A DNA stretch of 63,975 nucleotides, counting the filler, from Collodictyon triciliatum (Eukaryota), in the NCBI GenBank assembly GCA_043381765.1. It is 16 parts of 16 records of this genome, joined end to end, with 100 filler letters (N's around TTAATTAATTAA, not from the genome) between each part and the next. Parts side by side here need not be neighbours in the genome. Positions count along the whole stretch, not along the records: positions 1 to 3,909 come from JBHJMP010006725.1; positions 4,010 to 7,918 come from JBHJMP010006726.1; positions 8,019 to 11,927 come from JBHJMP010006727.1; positions 12,028 to 15,935 come from JBHJMP010006728.1; 12 more parts are not named here. One strand, 5' to 3'. A program made the position numbers and the translations under genes. The notes beneath the pieces are model-generated. The model was not told where the DNA came from. It made no database searches and saw only the letters and a list, made by a program, of their open reading frames with translations. This document shows, one piece after another, positions 1 through 12,138 of the stretch. Position 1 is the first letter of the stretch. Every line of letters starts with the position of its first letter.

Positions 1-489
1 ATTAGTATCATTATTAGTATCATTATTAGTATCATTATTAGTATCATTATTAGTATCATTATTAGTATCATTATTAGTATCATTATTAGTATCATTATTA
101 GTATCAGTATCAGTATCAGTATCAGTATCGGTATCATTATTAGTATCAGTATCAGTATTAGTATCGGTATCAGTATCAGTATTAGTATCAGTATCAGTAT
201 CAGTATCAGTATTAGTATCAGTATCAGTATTAGTATCGGTATCAGTATCAGTATCGGTATTAGTATTAGTATCAGTATCGGTATTAGTATCAGTATTAGT
301 ATCAGTATCAGTATCAGTATTAGTATTAGTATTAGTATTAGTATTAGTATTAGTATCAGTATCAGTATTAGTATTAGTATCAGGGTCAGTATCAGTATCA
401 GTATCAGTATCAGTATCAGTATCAGTATCAGTATCAGTATCAGTATTAGTATCAGTATCAGTATTAGTATCAATATCAGGGTCAGTATT
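1..489. repeat. Degenerate satellite built from ATTAGT/ATCAGT/ATCGGT hexamers and (ATTAGTATCATT)n
   Basis: Directly visible tandem array at the scaffold start. Confidence 0.95.
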
Positions 490-1343
490 CCAAAGAAAAC
501 CAAAACTCCAATGTTCCAAAGCCTTTACATGCATTTTTCATATGTTTCGTTTATTTTTAAACCCATTAGCGCCTAATTGGCTTAACATGAATCAGCCGAC
601 ATCCCCTTTTTCTTTTTCTTTTCTATCACAAGTTTCGTTTTTCTACCGAAGATATTTATTTATTTAAGGTTTTTTAGGGACTGAATTTTTCAAAGGAATT
701 AATGCAAAAGACTTATTTTTTTTTCCGACAAGCGCATTCACACTGAGGATACGAAAGCCGTGGATGCACAGAGACATTTGTAGTGCGATGCAGCACAAGG
801 ATGATCTGTTTGCCTTCTACGGGGTCGGATTCCACAGCCGCGGAGAAGAACGATGCCGTCCAAGTTTATCGAGGAAGGACGATGGCACGTCGCAGCAGGT
901 CGCGTTCGCCTGTTTTCACAGAGACCCGAACCGGATTCCCACCTTCACCCCAGACAATCGATTGCTGCCGCGCAAAACGCGTGTGCAACTGGACAAAAGT
1001 AAAATGCTGAAAAAGACAACCAGAATAGAAAGTGAGACCCAGGGACAAAAAAAAAAGAAAAGAATTATGTGGGATATACGGAATATAGATCAGACGATCA
1101 AGTAAAAAGAAAGAAAAGAAAAGAATAGACGAAGCGTAGTCCGAGTCACCAGAGTTCCATATGACTTAACCCCCTACATCACACCCATTTTGACTCTACA
1201 TCCCTTTTCATTTCCATTGCAGCCTGTAGGAGGCTGCCTCCGGAGCACAACTTGCAAAGCAGGACACTACCTATCAAAACATCACACCACAAAATAGGCC
1301 AGAATCCGACAGGCAGGGACGATATCCCCACCAACACCATACA

Positions 1344-3032
1344 ATGCCCTCAGCCCTGCAGAATGTTGTTGTCATCTGTGCAGTGTTTGTTTTAGCTCTT
1401 TGGGCTGTATTGGGGCAGCGTGGCTTTGACGCTTGGCCAAAATGGACTGTGGAGAAAGTCGTGCAGGCTTTGAAAGTAGTTCCCTTGAATCGACAAACTC
1501 TCGCAGGAAAAGTTCTCAACGACTCTGCTCTTGTATCACGGCTTGGAATAAGGAGGCTTAGGTACAAAAATCACACAGTGCCGCTCAGGAAGTGGGATGT
1601 TCGCCCTGTTGGCGAGCCGCCGTGTATTGTCATCAGCTTCTACAATGGGAATGAACAACGAAGACGGGCTCTTCGAGAGACTTGGCTGACTTGGACAAAA
1701 GGCTCGTGTCTGAAATATCGCTTCGTGGGTGACCCGGGTCGGCTTCCCCACGAACATAAAAGCGTATTTATCTTTTAACTTAATATATTTATTTCAAGCC
1801 GCCAGTCTATATGCCTTCGTTGAGAACAGAGTTTTCTTTGTTTTTTTTGTTTTTTGTTTTTTGTTTTTATTTGTTATTTATTATTATTATTATTATTATT
1901 ATTGTTGTTGTTGTTGTATTTTTCGATTAATTGAATAATAATACAAAAGTAAATAATAGCATTCTAAAATTTTAAGACACACAAAATGCATGATTATCAA
2001 TTAATTTTTAGGTTCAATGGCACCCTGAGCGTGAAAAAGAATTGGCTGAGCAAAATATGTTTCACGACATGTTTTTTGTTCCAGGTATGAATTATTATAT
2101 CTACTTACTACAACTTGTGGTCTATAGCTGCAGAATCCTTAATGATACTGAACTAGCGTATGGTTAATTTAAGCTCATTTTCGTTCTTTCCATGTAATAT
2201 TCATTATTGGGTTCTAAGGACGAGTGGGGTGGTCGACAGATATGACAAAAAGAACGGTAGCTTTTATGGAATATGCCGAAGACAATTACAATTACGGTAC
2301 GTGTCTTTTTTTTTCCAAATTAAAAGAGGATGCTCTTTTCTTTTCTTGCACAGAATACAAACACACATCTAATGGTGAATTAATATCTTTTATCCCTGAA
2401 CAAAAAAAAATTAATCACAGATTATTTTCTGATGGTTGATACCGATTTCTTTCTCTGCTATCATCGACTGATTCGAGAATTGGCCCACGCTCCAAGGACG
2501 AAGTATGTAGTGGGGAAAGTGTGGTGTCGCTCTAGGATTGGCACATGCTTTGACGAACAGTTTATCATCATGACTCGTGATGTTGTCAGGAATATAATAG
2601 TAATGAAGAAGACAGTGGGATTAGACACTCGATGTGCTACTGGTCAATCCATTGTGCTGTGGACTCAGGAAGCCGGCGTTCATTATTTTCATGATGAAAG
2701 AATTACATCTCAGCCACATAATAACCCTAACGTAATAACAATTAAAACGGCATGTTTAATTATTTTTTTTCCTCTTAAGATGTCTTTCAAACTGCTTAAT
2801 AATATCTTGTCTAATGTGATTTATGCGTCAGGGATTGAAGTTTCGGATTGATGTTTGCAAAAAAAACATCGGGCTTCATCATGCAAATGTTACGCATATA
2901 TATCAAATTTGGAACAAGGAACTAGAAGAGCCGTCTAATCAGATTGATAAGGAGATGCACATAATCCCACCGCTGGACCGACACTGCCCATTCCAACCTG
3001 CTATGGTTGTTGATGCATGCTTTAGGCCTTAA
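1344..3032 (+). CDS. Type II membrane beta-1,3-galactosyltransferase-like protein (GT31), about 5 exons
   Basis: N-terminal signal anchor; VISFYNGNEQRRRALRETW...YRFVGD; LAEQNMFHDMFFV; YFLMVDTDFF DxD motif. GT-AG exons at about 1344-1763, 2012-2084, 2219-2296, 2422-2731, 2832-3032. Confidence 0.8.
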
Positions 3033-3353
3033 AACGCTCGACGCTTAATTTTTCTTTTACTTAACAATTAGAACAAAACCATATCTATTTGAAGCCCTCT
3101 TCGATAACAAAAAAAAATCTCCTATATGTCTGCTTCTTTCGGGTCGCCTGTACATACAAAAGAAAATATGTTTGAAGGCATACTCAATACCTTTCCTGAT
3201 GACGATGGTAATGACGATGGTAACGATGGTGAAGATGGTGTTAATAATAATAAGAATAATAATAAGAATAATAATAAGAATAATAATAAGAATAATAATT
3301 AGAATAATAATAATAATACCTTGATGATTGACAAACAAAGATATTGAATATGC

Positions 3354-3826
3354 TAAGCTCGTATATTTACGGTCTGAAGAGCCTTTGCAATGAGTCCTTC
3401 AGCCCTGCGATATCTTGTTTACCCGTATTTCAGTTGTGGCGGTTGTTGTGCCATCACCCGGTGCAAATATAAATTCATCTTGGTTTTCTGCACTTTCTGA
3501 ATCATATATCGCATATAAATATATCCTAACACGAAATTAGGTGCTCCAACACATTGTTTGATCATTACATTTATATATTCCAGATGCGATTGAGTGATCT
3601 GCATTCCCGATTAAGTGCGGATGCGCCAAAAAACCAAACACAACTTTCAATGCATATTTCCCAGAGCGTCAGAGACAAGCAAACGTTGACTTTTGAAAGG
3701 AAGAATGAAAAATTGCAGAAAACATGCGCGCCGGAGCGGCTTTGACAAGGAAGCTGCGGTCTGCCATCAACGAGAGCCGTTTGGGTGCGCTGGCCGGGCG
3801 GGCCTCTGTGCTCGACGCCAGAACCT
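3354..3826 (-). CDS. 3' exons of an unidentified gene convergent with GT31 (partial)
   Basis: On the minus strand a polypyrimidine tract plus CAG precedes VLASSTEARPASAPKRLSLM...; further small exons end in AEGLIAKALQTVNIRA*. Confidence 0.4.
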
Positions 3827-3909
3827 GAGGGGAGAGGAAAAAGAAAAAAGAAAAAGAAAAAAGAAAAAAGAAAAAAGAAAAAAGAAAAAAGAAAAAAGAA
3901 AAAAGAAAA

Positions 3910-4009
3910 NNNNNNNNNNNNNNNNNNNNNNNNNNNNNNNNNNNNNNNNNNNNTTAATTAATTAANNNNNNNNNNNNNNNNNNNNNNNNNNNNNNNNNNN
4001 NNNNNNNNN
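3910..4009. other. Artificial scaffold-joining spacer N44-TTAATTAATTAA-N44. First of 15; the others start at 7919, 11928, 15936, 19954, 23962, 27967, 31970, 35973, 39978, 43976, 47978, 51980, 55980, 59979
   Basis: Identical 100-nt spacer with stops in all six frames recurs about every 4 kb. Confidence 0.99.
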
Positions 4010-4105
<96 letters not shown>

Positions 4106-4112
4106 TGAATAG

Positions 4113-6225
4113 GATATCGAGCGGATTCGCCAAATCTCTATTGAATATCACCATGTAAAGAATGCCCAGAAAGAGCCCGAGATGGAAATATGTATTCAGG
4201 TGAGTCCTACATATTCTCTCATCAACTAATGACTTCTCTTTATTTATGTATACTAAATCTATTGATAAGTGTCGGGATAAGAGGGGTCATAAACCTTGTG
4301 AAAATGTTAATGCTAATTTTTTTTTTTTTTTTTTTTTGTCGACGCCAGAGAGCATCATCGGTAATTTTCCAGTATAATCTAGAAATTCCTATGGAATGGT
4401 GGAATGTGATGTTTGAGCTTTGCTATAGAGGGTACGCACTGATTCACTTGCTGATTACCCGTTTAGAAAAAAATTTTTTTTTTAAAAGCCCGACTATTTC
4501 ATTTCTTATCTCGCCAAAACCAAGCGGGACTTATTATGGTTTGTATCGAGAAGAAATACATCCGGTAAAGGCGCATCTGACACAAATATCAAATAGGCCG
4601 GATGAGATCATGAGTGTAAAGACATTCTACTCACAGGCGTTTAAACCACATGTTTGTCTTAATCACTCAACTATATTCGCACCTTACAAAAAAAATATGG
4701 AGGAATACGTCGGTATTACGTACATTTAGATTAATTTTGGATTTTTTTTCGGGTAGAAGAAAGAAGAGATTCCAATGGAGATGCTCTTATCGATGAGAGC
4801 TAATCTCATTCAAGAGTTTCTCGCACTTCGCAAAGATATTCCAGCAGCGTGTACAGCACAGGCGTGAGTATTTAATTTTTATATATTTTAAGAATCATCC
4901 GACTGTACTCCCTCATCACATATAGTTGATTTATGTGCCTTCATTAATCTCTGCACAAAGATGAGCATGTACACGGTACACTCCCATGCCAGATAGGTTT
5001 TGGTTGAATAATTATATTATGATATACTAATTTTCCCGAATCCAAAGAGCTGAAGGACATATCTTCTTGAGTGTTATATCCCAGCCTCCTCCACCAATCG
5101 TCGTTCGGGTTTATGCCATTAGAGATGTATTTTTTATTTATTTATATATTATTATTATTATTATTTATTATTATTATTACTATTACCATTAAATTCAAAA
5201 TCATATTAGTTTATCATCTAGAAACATTTTCATGTATCAATTATTTTATCGTCCCATCAGAGAATCTTTCACACAATTTTTTAACTCCAATAAGAAAATT
5301 AATTTTGCACTTTCTACATAGCCCCATTTCGAGCCAGATTTCGAAGTGCAAATGCAGTCACCAGGGGCTCAGTTGATTGGAAATATAGACGCTTTCTTAC
5401 TTCATGATAACTTTGACGCTCGTAACCAATTGATCAATTATTAAACTTCTTTTTTTTTTTTTTTAGTGAAAATTGTTGAATTAATCTTGAATGAAAAAAA
5501 ATCTCCAATCTGAAAATATTATCTAGCAGTTGTAATGTACAATAAAACAAAATAAATATAGATATACTGGCATCTGTTCCAGTGAACTCTATGAATATTG
5601 GAAGTTTTCCTGGTCTTAGGTTACCTCCAAATTTCTCCACGAGAATGAACAAAACATATATCCTCTTTATCGGATTCGCATTCTATGATGTAAGAATAAA
5701 CCTGAGTTTGTTCAGTTTTCTTTTATTCTTTCTCTCTGTCATGTCTTGCTTCCACTTCCTTATCTCTTTAATCTTTTTTACTTTTATCTTTCTCTTTCTC
5801 TTTCTCTTTCTCTTTCTCTTTCTCTTTCTCTTTCTCTTTCTCTTTCTCTTTCTCTTTCTCTTTCTCTTTCTCTTTCTCTTTCTCGTTCTCTTTCTCGTTC
5901 TCTTTCTCTTTCTTCTTCCCTTTCTTTTCTTAACTTTATCCAAGGGAAGTGTCTTTTTATTTACTTTTCTATTGTCATCTACCATGTCTTCAACAAACTG
6001 TTTCCTCAAATCGTGAAGAAATAAACCACCACTGATATATCTATCTCCTCTTTCATCTACGCATCGAGTAGGATAGACTCACCATTCTGGCAGCGGTTTC
6101 CAACCCCTTTATCACCATCACAAACATCAGTGAGGCACCCTCTGCGCAAGCCAAGCTTATATGGGGCTCCTTTCACACTGGGGAGGACCAGGTGATTCAC
6201 TAGTGCACTCGTTAAACTAAACGGC

Positions 6226-6317
<92 letters not shown>

Positions 6318-7612
6318 TTCTCAAGCTGTTGTCTCCAGGGTATTGTGCATTGGGACGCACTGGTTCCATATTTCACCTCATACTTTGAGCGAACAACTTC
6401 TGTGAATCAGATCAGCCGTCCCATGGTCCAACGGGACATTCTGTTTCTATTTTGTAAAGTAAAGAACAGAGCCACTCTTTCTTGGAACGAGTTTAAGGAA
6501 CTGTGGTCTTGGTTTACAAAAGTTGCCGATACTTGCCACAAAGTAAGATATTCCTCTTGGCCATGTTGATGGTATTCATCCCATGTTTGAGTTTTATCCA
6601 ACCTAGATTCATTTTCTTCTCTTTTCGTTTATGTGCACAACCTAGCGCCTGGGTGACCGTTGGTTGGCAAAAGTGGAGTAAGTCGGCACCAGTGAATCTT
6701 TATCAAATGCACCGAGCGAATTCAGCCGCATCTGACCCTTGATTCTTATTCATTAGAGGCTGCGACCATTACCTCGTGGATGGGTTTTTGGGGAGGGCAG
6801 AAACAGAGCTTTGTCTGCAAGGCCATCCACCAGGCACCTTCGTGATTCGATTCAGGTGTGAATCCATATTGTGTTTGCTAAGTCCATATGGTGGAGAGGA
6901 CCGCAAGTCACCGCGAGTATCACCCATGTGTAAATCATTCAGCCATACATATTCGATTCACCAACTATATGCGACCTTTAGCGATGGCAAACCCCAGGCG
7001 TTGGTGGCCTCCTTTGTGTCGCAAGACGGTCGTGTTGAGCATAAGCTGATCGAACAGAAGAGCTTTGAGGGAGGCCGCACCTTAGACGATATCATTAACA
7101 TCGACCTTATAGCGTTCTTGCGTTGTAAGATTCCTCCGTTCCTCCAATTATTTTTTTTTTATCTTTTATATATTCGTTCTCCCTTCTCAGGTTTTTTTTT
7201 TTAAAAAAAAAATAACAAGTATCTATCTTATCGTGGAAGGGAGTATCTTTGTCTGGTACCATACATATCATAGGAATAGCTCTATATATTTGGACAATAT
7301 GAGGCTCTCGCCAAAACTATGATTATGATTATTGTCGTTTATATTATTATGGTTATTCTTTGAATCGAATAAAGGGGGAAAAAACATTGGTATCATTATT
7401 CTCAATTAAAAGAAAAAGTAGCATCAATAACCCCTCTCCATTTTTCGTCACCATTGATGCGCCTTGAAAGTAAGAAGGGATGCAGGTCTATGCTTATCTA
7501 ACTGCACCTTTTGCTAGTCCTCCTGACGCCAAACGGCCCGGTACCGGCAATCAACGCTTTCCGGGCGTGCACCAACCAACCAAACAGGCACGGGAATCAA
7601 GGCTACATTTAA
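4113..7612 (+). CDS. STAT-family transcription factor, Dictyostelium-like (DNA-binding domain, linker, SH2, C-terminal tyrosine); 5' truncated
   Basis: Spliced translation: FLSVISQPPPPIVV (start of DNA-binding domain), AVSNPFITITN, WNEFKELWSWF linker, SH2 GFLGRAETELCLQGHPPGTFVIRFSD; last exon 7518-7612 ends HGNQGYI*. Confidence 0.88.
7358..7384 (+). mobile_element. Ultra-short retroposon family B copy, intronic in STAT
   Basis: Exact CTTTGAATCGAATAAAGG followed by a G/A tail; TSD not clear. Confidence 0.65.
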
Positions 7613-7845
7613 ATCTCCAACCACCGAGCCGCCTTCACAGCATGGACACGAGAATCCCAACCGCGGTGGGGAACCTTGCCTTGCCCATGGCGCCATAGTC
7701 AAGCAATAAATACCATGAAGATAAAAAAAACAAAAAACAAAAAACAAAACAGAAAACAGACGAATATAAAAAGGATAATTAAAAGATACAAGACATGACT
7801 TCAGGATTGCGGCCATCCAAGATAGAGTAAATTGCGGGTGATTTT

Positions 7846-7918
<73 letters not shown>

Positions 7919-8159
7919 NNNNNNNNNNNNNNNNNNNNNNNNNNNNNNNNNNNNNNNNNNNNTTAATTAATTAANNNNNNNNNNNNNNNNNNNNNNNNNN
8001 NNNNNNNNNNNNNNNNNNGTTGTTTTTTTTTTTTTTTATAATAAAAAAAAAAAAAAAAAAAATGAGGATAAGATTGAATTCATATTATTAGAGGGGGGGG
8101 GGGGGGGCTGATTTTATAAATGGCCTAATATAGAAACTACGAAAAAAAAAGAGGATAAA

Positions 8160-9587
8160 CCTTTCCATGTTTCAATAGCAGGGAGTATTGCACCAGCCAT
8201 TTCGACAGCAAACAGCCGAGTGCCCATCTATGAAAGTAGATCCAAATTAAATATCAGAATATATACGATATGAACATCAAGGCAAGGGTATAGACACGAT
8301 GTGGTAATGTTTTTTTTTTTTTTGAAAAAAAAAACACCAATACATACTTTTGAATTTCTTCCCATCTTTCGTAAAAATACAGAGTAGCGTTGGTATACAT
8401 TATCCGCATCGATTATTTGCAAGAGCGAATTGACCAATTCAGAAGTGAATGCTCTGTGTTGTGAAAAATATAATGTCATCCTTCAGAAGAAGAAAAAAAA
8501 AGTACTTTGAATCGAATAAAGGGAAAAAAAAAGAAGAAAAAAAAAGTAAACTTGTAAGCAATAAAATAAAATGGAATAACGATTGTTACCACAACCACGT
8601 AATTAATCAATATGAGCAAATAGGTATTCAAATAGTCTATTTCTATACAATCATGAATAACCTCAATTCTGCTCTCTCTGGTGATTTTACGCTGATATGA
8701 TGAATAAGTGCAGTCAACGGTTCAACAAAGTCTTGATTGCCTCCTAGTTTCCTACACAGGCATACATATTTTCTACTTTGAGAGGACACTTACAAAATAA
8801 AATAAAATAAAATAAAATAAAATAAAATAAAATAAAATAAAATAAAATAAAATAAAATAAAACGAAACGAAACATGACAAGACAAGACACAAGAAAATAC
8901 ACAGAAAATTACCTGATCATTTTCAGAGCATTCTGTCGGGATTCATTCAGATCTTTGAACTCATTACTGCTTTTAAAGTTCATAAACACACCAGAAAGTA
9001 ACGCTTTCAAGATGTTTCTCAAAGTTTCCTTAGGTATTCCATGTTTTTCATCCAAAAGACTCTCAAGACACGTATAGCACAGCATACTGACTGTTTCTGG
9101 TGCCGAAAATAGCAAATAATTGGTCAACTTTTAATATAAAATGAATTTTCATGAATAAAGCAAAAAGCCCTGGACTATCTTACTTTCAATACTCTGCCTA
9201 CGCTTGGTTGGTTGCCTATGTCGGTTAATTATACATCAGCATAGATTTATCCTATAATATTTGAAGTATAAATACGAAGCTATACCCATCTTCAGTCTTT
9301 ACCAACGACAGTTCAACCAGTGTATCTATGCATGTCAATACAGAATCTGGATATGCAGATAACGGAAAAGATGCCAGAAGTCCATGTATAGCCACAATCG
9401 ACGAGTCACAAAGCTTCTTGAAAACTTTCGGGTCCTCACTCTGCATTTAATCAATTAATTGATCTTGCGCCAATATATGATGGTTTCATGCAGTTCATTC
9501 ATCTGTTTGATTTTTTCCCTTGAACTTATTTGTAGAAAGAATGAAACAAACTTGGGAGCTTTCGATGTCTTGGTCATCCTGGCCGAT

Positions 9588-9649
<62 letters not shown>

Positions 9650-10989
9650 TCATTAATGGATCCATTTATGAATCAACGAATAGAATGCAAAAGTGTCCAT
9701 TAACCAATATTATATTGTACTATGTTTGAACCCAGGCACGAATTTATGTAAACAAAACTGTGTAAAATTACATATACATCTACACCAATATATACGACAT
9801 AATGCCATAAAAAAGGACAAAAAAAAAAAAACACAGAAGTTGTCAATGTCCATATCCATTAGGTTTGTTTACTTGGCTTTGACTCGTGCTGAAGCTCGAA
9901 CTTAGACTGTCATCCTCATCAGTAGTCGTAGTAGTAGTAGCCTTCCTTTTCTTTCCTTGACTTTTCTTTCTCTTTTTCTTCTCCACTAAATTTGCAAATA
10001 TAAAATAATATATACACGAGACGTATCATAGATTTGTACATCATATAAAGTAAACCTGGTGCTGCGGAATTTCGGAGCACAACACAAAGGTTCTTCAGTG
10101 CTTGTCTGAACATGATTGGATGAAATATCTGGTAGGATACGCTTCCTGGCAAGCGAACAAAATTGATGTATGCACACGCAGAAATGCCGGCTAATCCAGT
10201 ATTTTTATCGTCTTGTAAACATCGATGGAAAAGCAGAAGCACAGCTCTTGACGGAACTCTCTCACAGATGGACTGCAGGTATGGCGTGCAATCTGATTAC
10301 AGAGGAGGGTTTATGTGGGCATAAAACATGCGAGTATTCTTGGGCAATATATTGGACCACTCGTTCTACTCTTTAGAGACATATTGTATTATCAAGGGAG
10401 TTCAAGGATGACACATGCATCTGCTTTGCATTTTTTGATTTATTCTAAAATACGAATTGAAAGAATATAATTTCATCTCATCGTTATGGAGATAAAGGGG
10501 CGCTTTGAACCTTGTGTATGAAGGGAGGCTTCGAGATAATCCGACAGATCCTCAATCCATGGCCGAAGTTCAGAAGCATCAAGACCGAGCATTTGTTTTA
10601 CAGTTTCCCGACCCTCTGCGCTCAGTGATTCTCTGATAAACTATAAACGCATGCAAAACAGTCGATATCAAGAAAAGAAAACAAAGGAAAACAAAGGAAA
10701 ACAAAGGAAAACAAAGGAAAACAAAGGAAAACAAAGGAAACTAGAGAATTTGAGCTTTTTTAAGTAATGAATTTAAATAAATTATATTCAAGAGGAAAAA
10801 AATATGAGTACAGTTGGATGAGGAAAAGACTGTGACGCAACCAATAGAGTCCTATATGTCCTGAATAGAACAGTCATAAAAGCAGGAGGGGATTGTATTC
10901 ACCTCCTCCAACTCAGCAGTGTTGATTGTTGGGAGCGAAAACTGTGAAAACTTCTGGACGATGACTTCTGTATCCTCTGCATCCTCCAT
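8160..10989 (-). CDS. NCAPD3: Condensin II HEAT subunit CAP-D3, N-terminal part (3' truncated)
   Basis: SACAYINFVRLPGSVSYQIFHPIMFRQALKNL resembles the conserved CAP-D3 N-terminal motif (PGS...FHP.MF); ATG at 10989 (MEDAEDTEVI); multiple GT-AG exons. Confidence 0.78.
8505..8530 (+). mobile_element. Ultra-short retroposon family B copy with 18-bp TSD
   Basis: CTTTGAATCGAATAAAGGG(A)n flanked by AAGAAGAAAAAAAAAGTA at 8487-8504 and 8531-8548. Confidence 0.85.
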
Positions 10990-11665
10990 CTTGGATTTGG
11001 TTTCTTATGTGCCTGTGGTATATATGTGTAAGCTTTTTCTGACTTTACGGTCGAAGTGGGCCACTTTCTCACATTTTCGTTAAGCTCTAAGCGGGTAACT
11101 TTAGAAAGAAAACAACTTATTTTTACTCGTTAAGAAAATATTTAGATAACTTCATTGTTCTGAAGCTTCTATGAATGAAAAGTGAAAGTGATTCGTGCTG
11201 CTCTGGGCGGGTTGATTCTTGTGTGATAACTCTGCAGCGGACTCGAAGATCGAGCAGTGTAAGAGAGCAATAAAAGTAACGAGCTGGAAGACAGCAGTAT
11301 TTTAGGTGGTACTGCCATCACAGCACATGGTCATGCATAACGACCGGGGCAGTGGAAGTCGTCTTCTAGTGTTGAGACTGAGTTCTGCTGGGTTGCCAAC
11401 GCACGGTTTTGGAAGATCACAGACGCAAGTGTGAATTGTTTTCTGGCGGTTTATAAAGGCAGACTTCACAATAGAGAGAACGACCCCGAGAGAGGGTGAG
11501 ACGAACAGCGTGTAGGTCTTCGTAGTCGCTATACAGCATGAGGTGCTGGCATGGGATTCACGCAATTACAAAACATCCAAGTTTTTCTGTCTGTTGGAGA
11601 TCACTAAAAGGAAGAAAAATAAAATATTATTATATACGTTCAGCTTCTCACATAAGTAAGCAAAA

Positions 11666-11747
11666 GACACTGTGGCCGAGTGGTTAAGGCGACAGACTCG
11701 AAATCTGTTGGGTTCTGCCCGCGCAGGTTCAAATCCTGCCAGTGTCG
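11666..11747 (+). tRNA. tRNA-Ser, anticodon CGA
   Basis: GACACTG/CAGTGTC acceptor stem, TGGCCGAGTGG A-box, ACAGA-CTCGAAA-TCTGT anticodon arm, long variable arm, GGTTCAAATCC T-arm, T-run just downstream. Confidence 0.97.
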
Positions 11748-12095
11748 GTTGTTTTTGGCCTATTGGCGTCCTTGTTGGATATATATTTTTTTTGTCGCTT
11801 TCGCAATCATGCTTCTGCTGCTCCTCCTTTGCTGCCCAGGCCAGAACGCAAAAAGATGGTGGGATTTCATTCAGTTATAACCACCTTATAGAGCATATAT
11901 AACTTTTTTAAATGAAAACAAATGATTNNNNNNNNNNNNNNNNNNNNNNNNNNNNNNNNNNNNNNNNNNNNTTAATTAATTAANNNNNNNNNNNNNNNNN
12001 NNNNNNNNNNNNNNNNNNNNNNNNNNNATATATGGTATGAATGCAGGGAAATAAGTTATCGGTCAGTCCTCGAGAAATAGAAAAAGGACGTAAAG

Positions 12096-12137
12096 TGACA
12101 TCATATATATATTAATATTACTATATATATGATGTCA
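12096..12137. repeat. 42-bp palindromic element, copy 1 (TGACATCAT...ATGATGTCA)
   Basis: Near-perfect palindrome, 39/42 identical to 23772-23813; abuts the likely acceptor AG at 12137-12138. Confidence 0.85.
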
Positions 12138-12138
12138 G

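Noticed and set aside
764-1105. Short overlapping ORFs upstream of GT31
   Set aside because: No motif; the best minus-strand frame is interrupted by a stop.
3910-4009. Periodic TTAATTAATTAA motif about every 4 kb
   Set aside because: Embedded in fixed-length N runs; an artificial linker, not biology.
5683-6024. Poly-KR/FL/SL, YVCM, FVCL and similar ORFs in the track (also near 16039, 24006, 37098, 44020, 60459)
   Set aside because: Translations of intronic or terminal microsatellites, or of N gaps.
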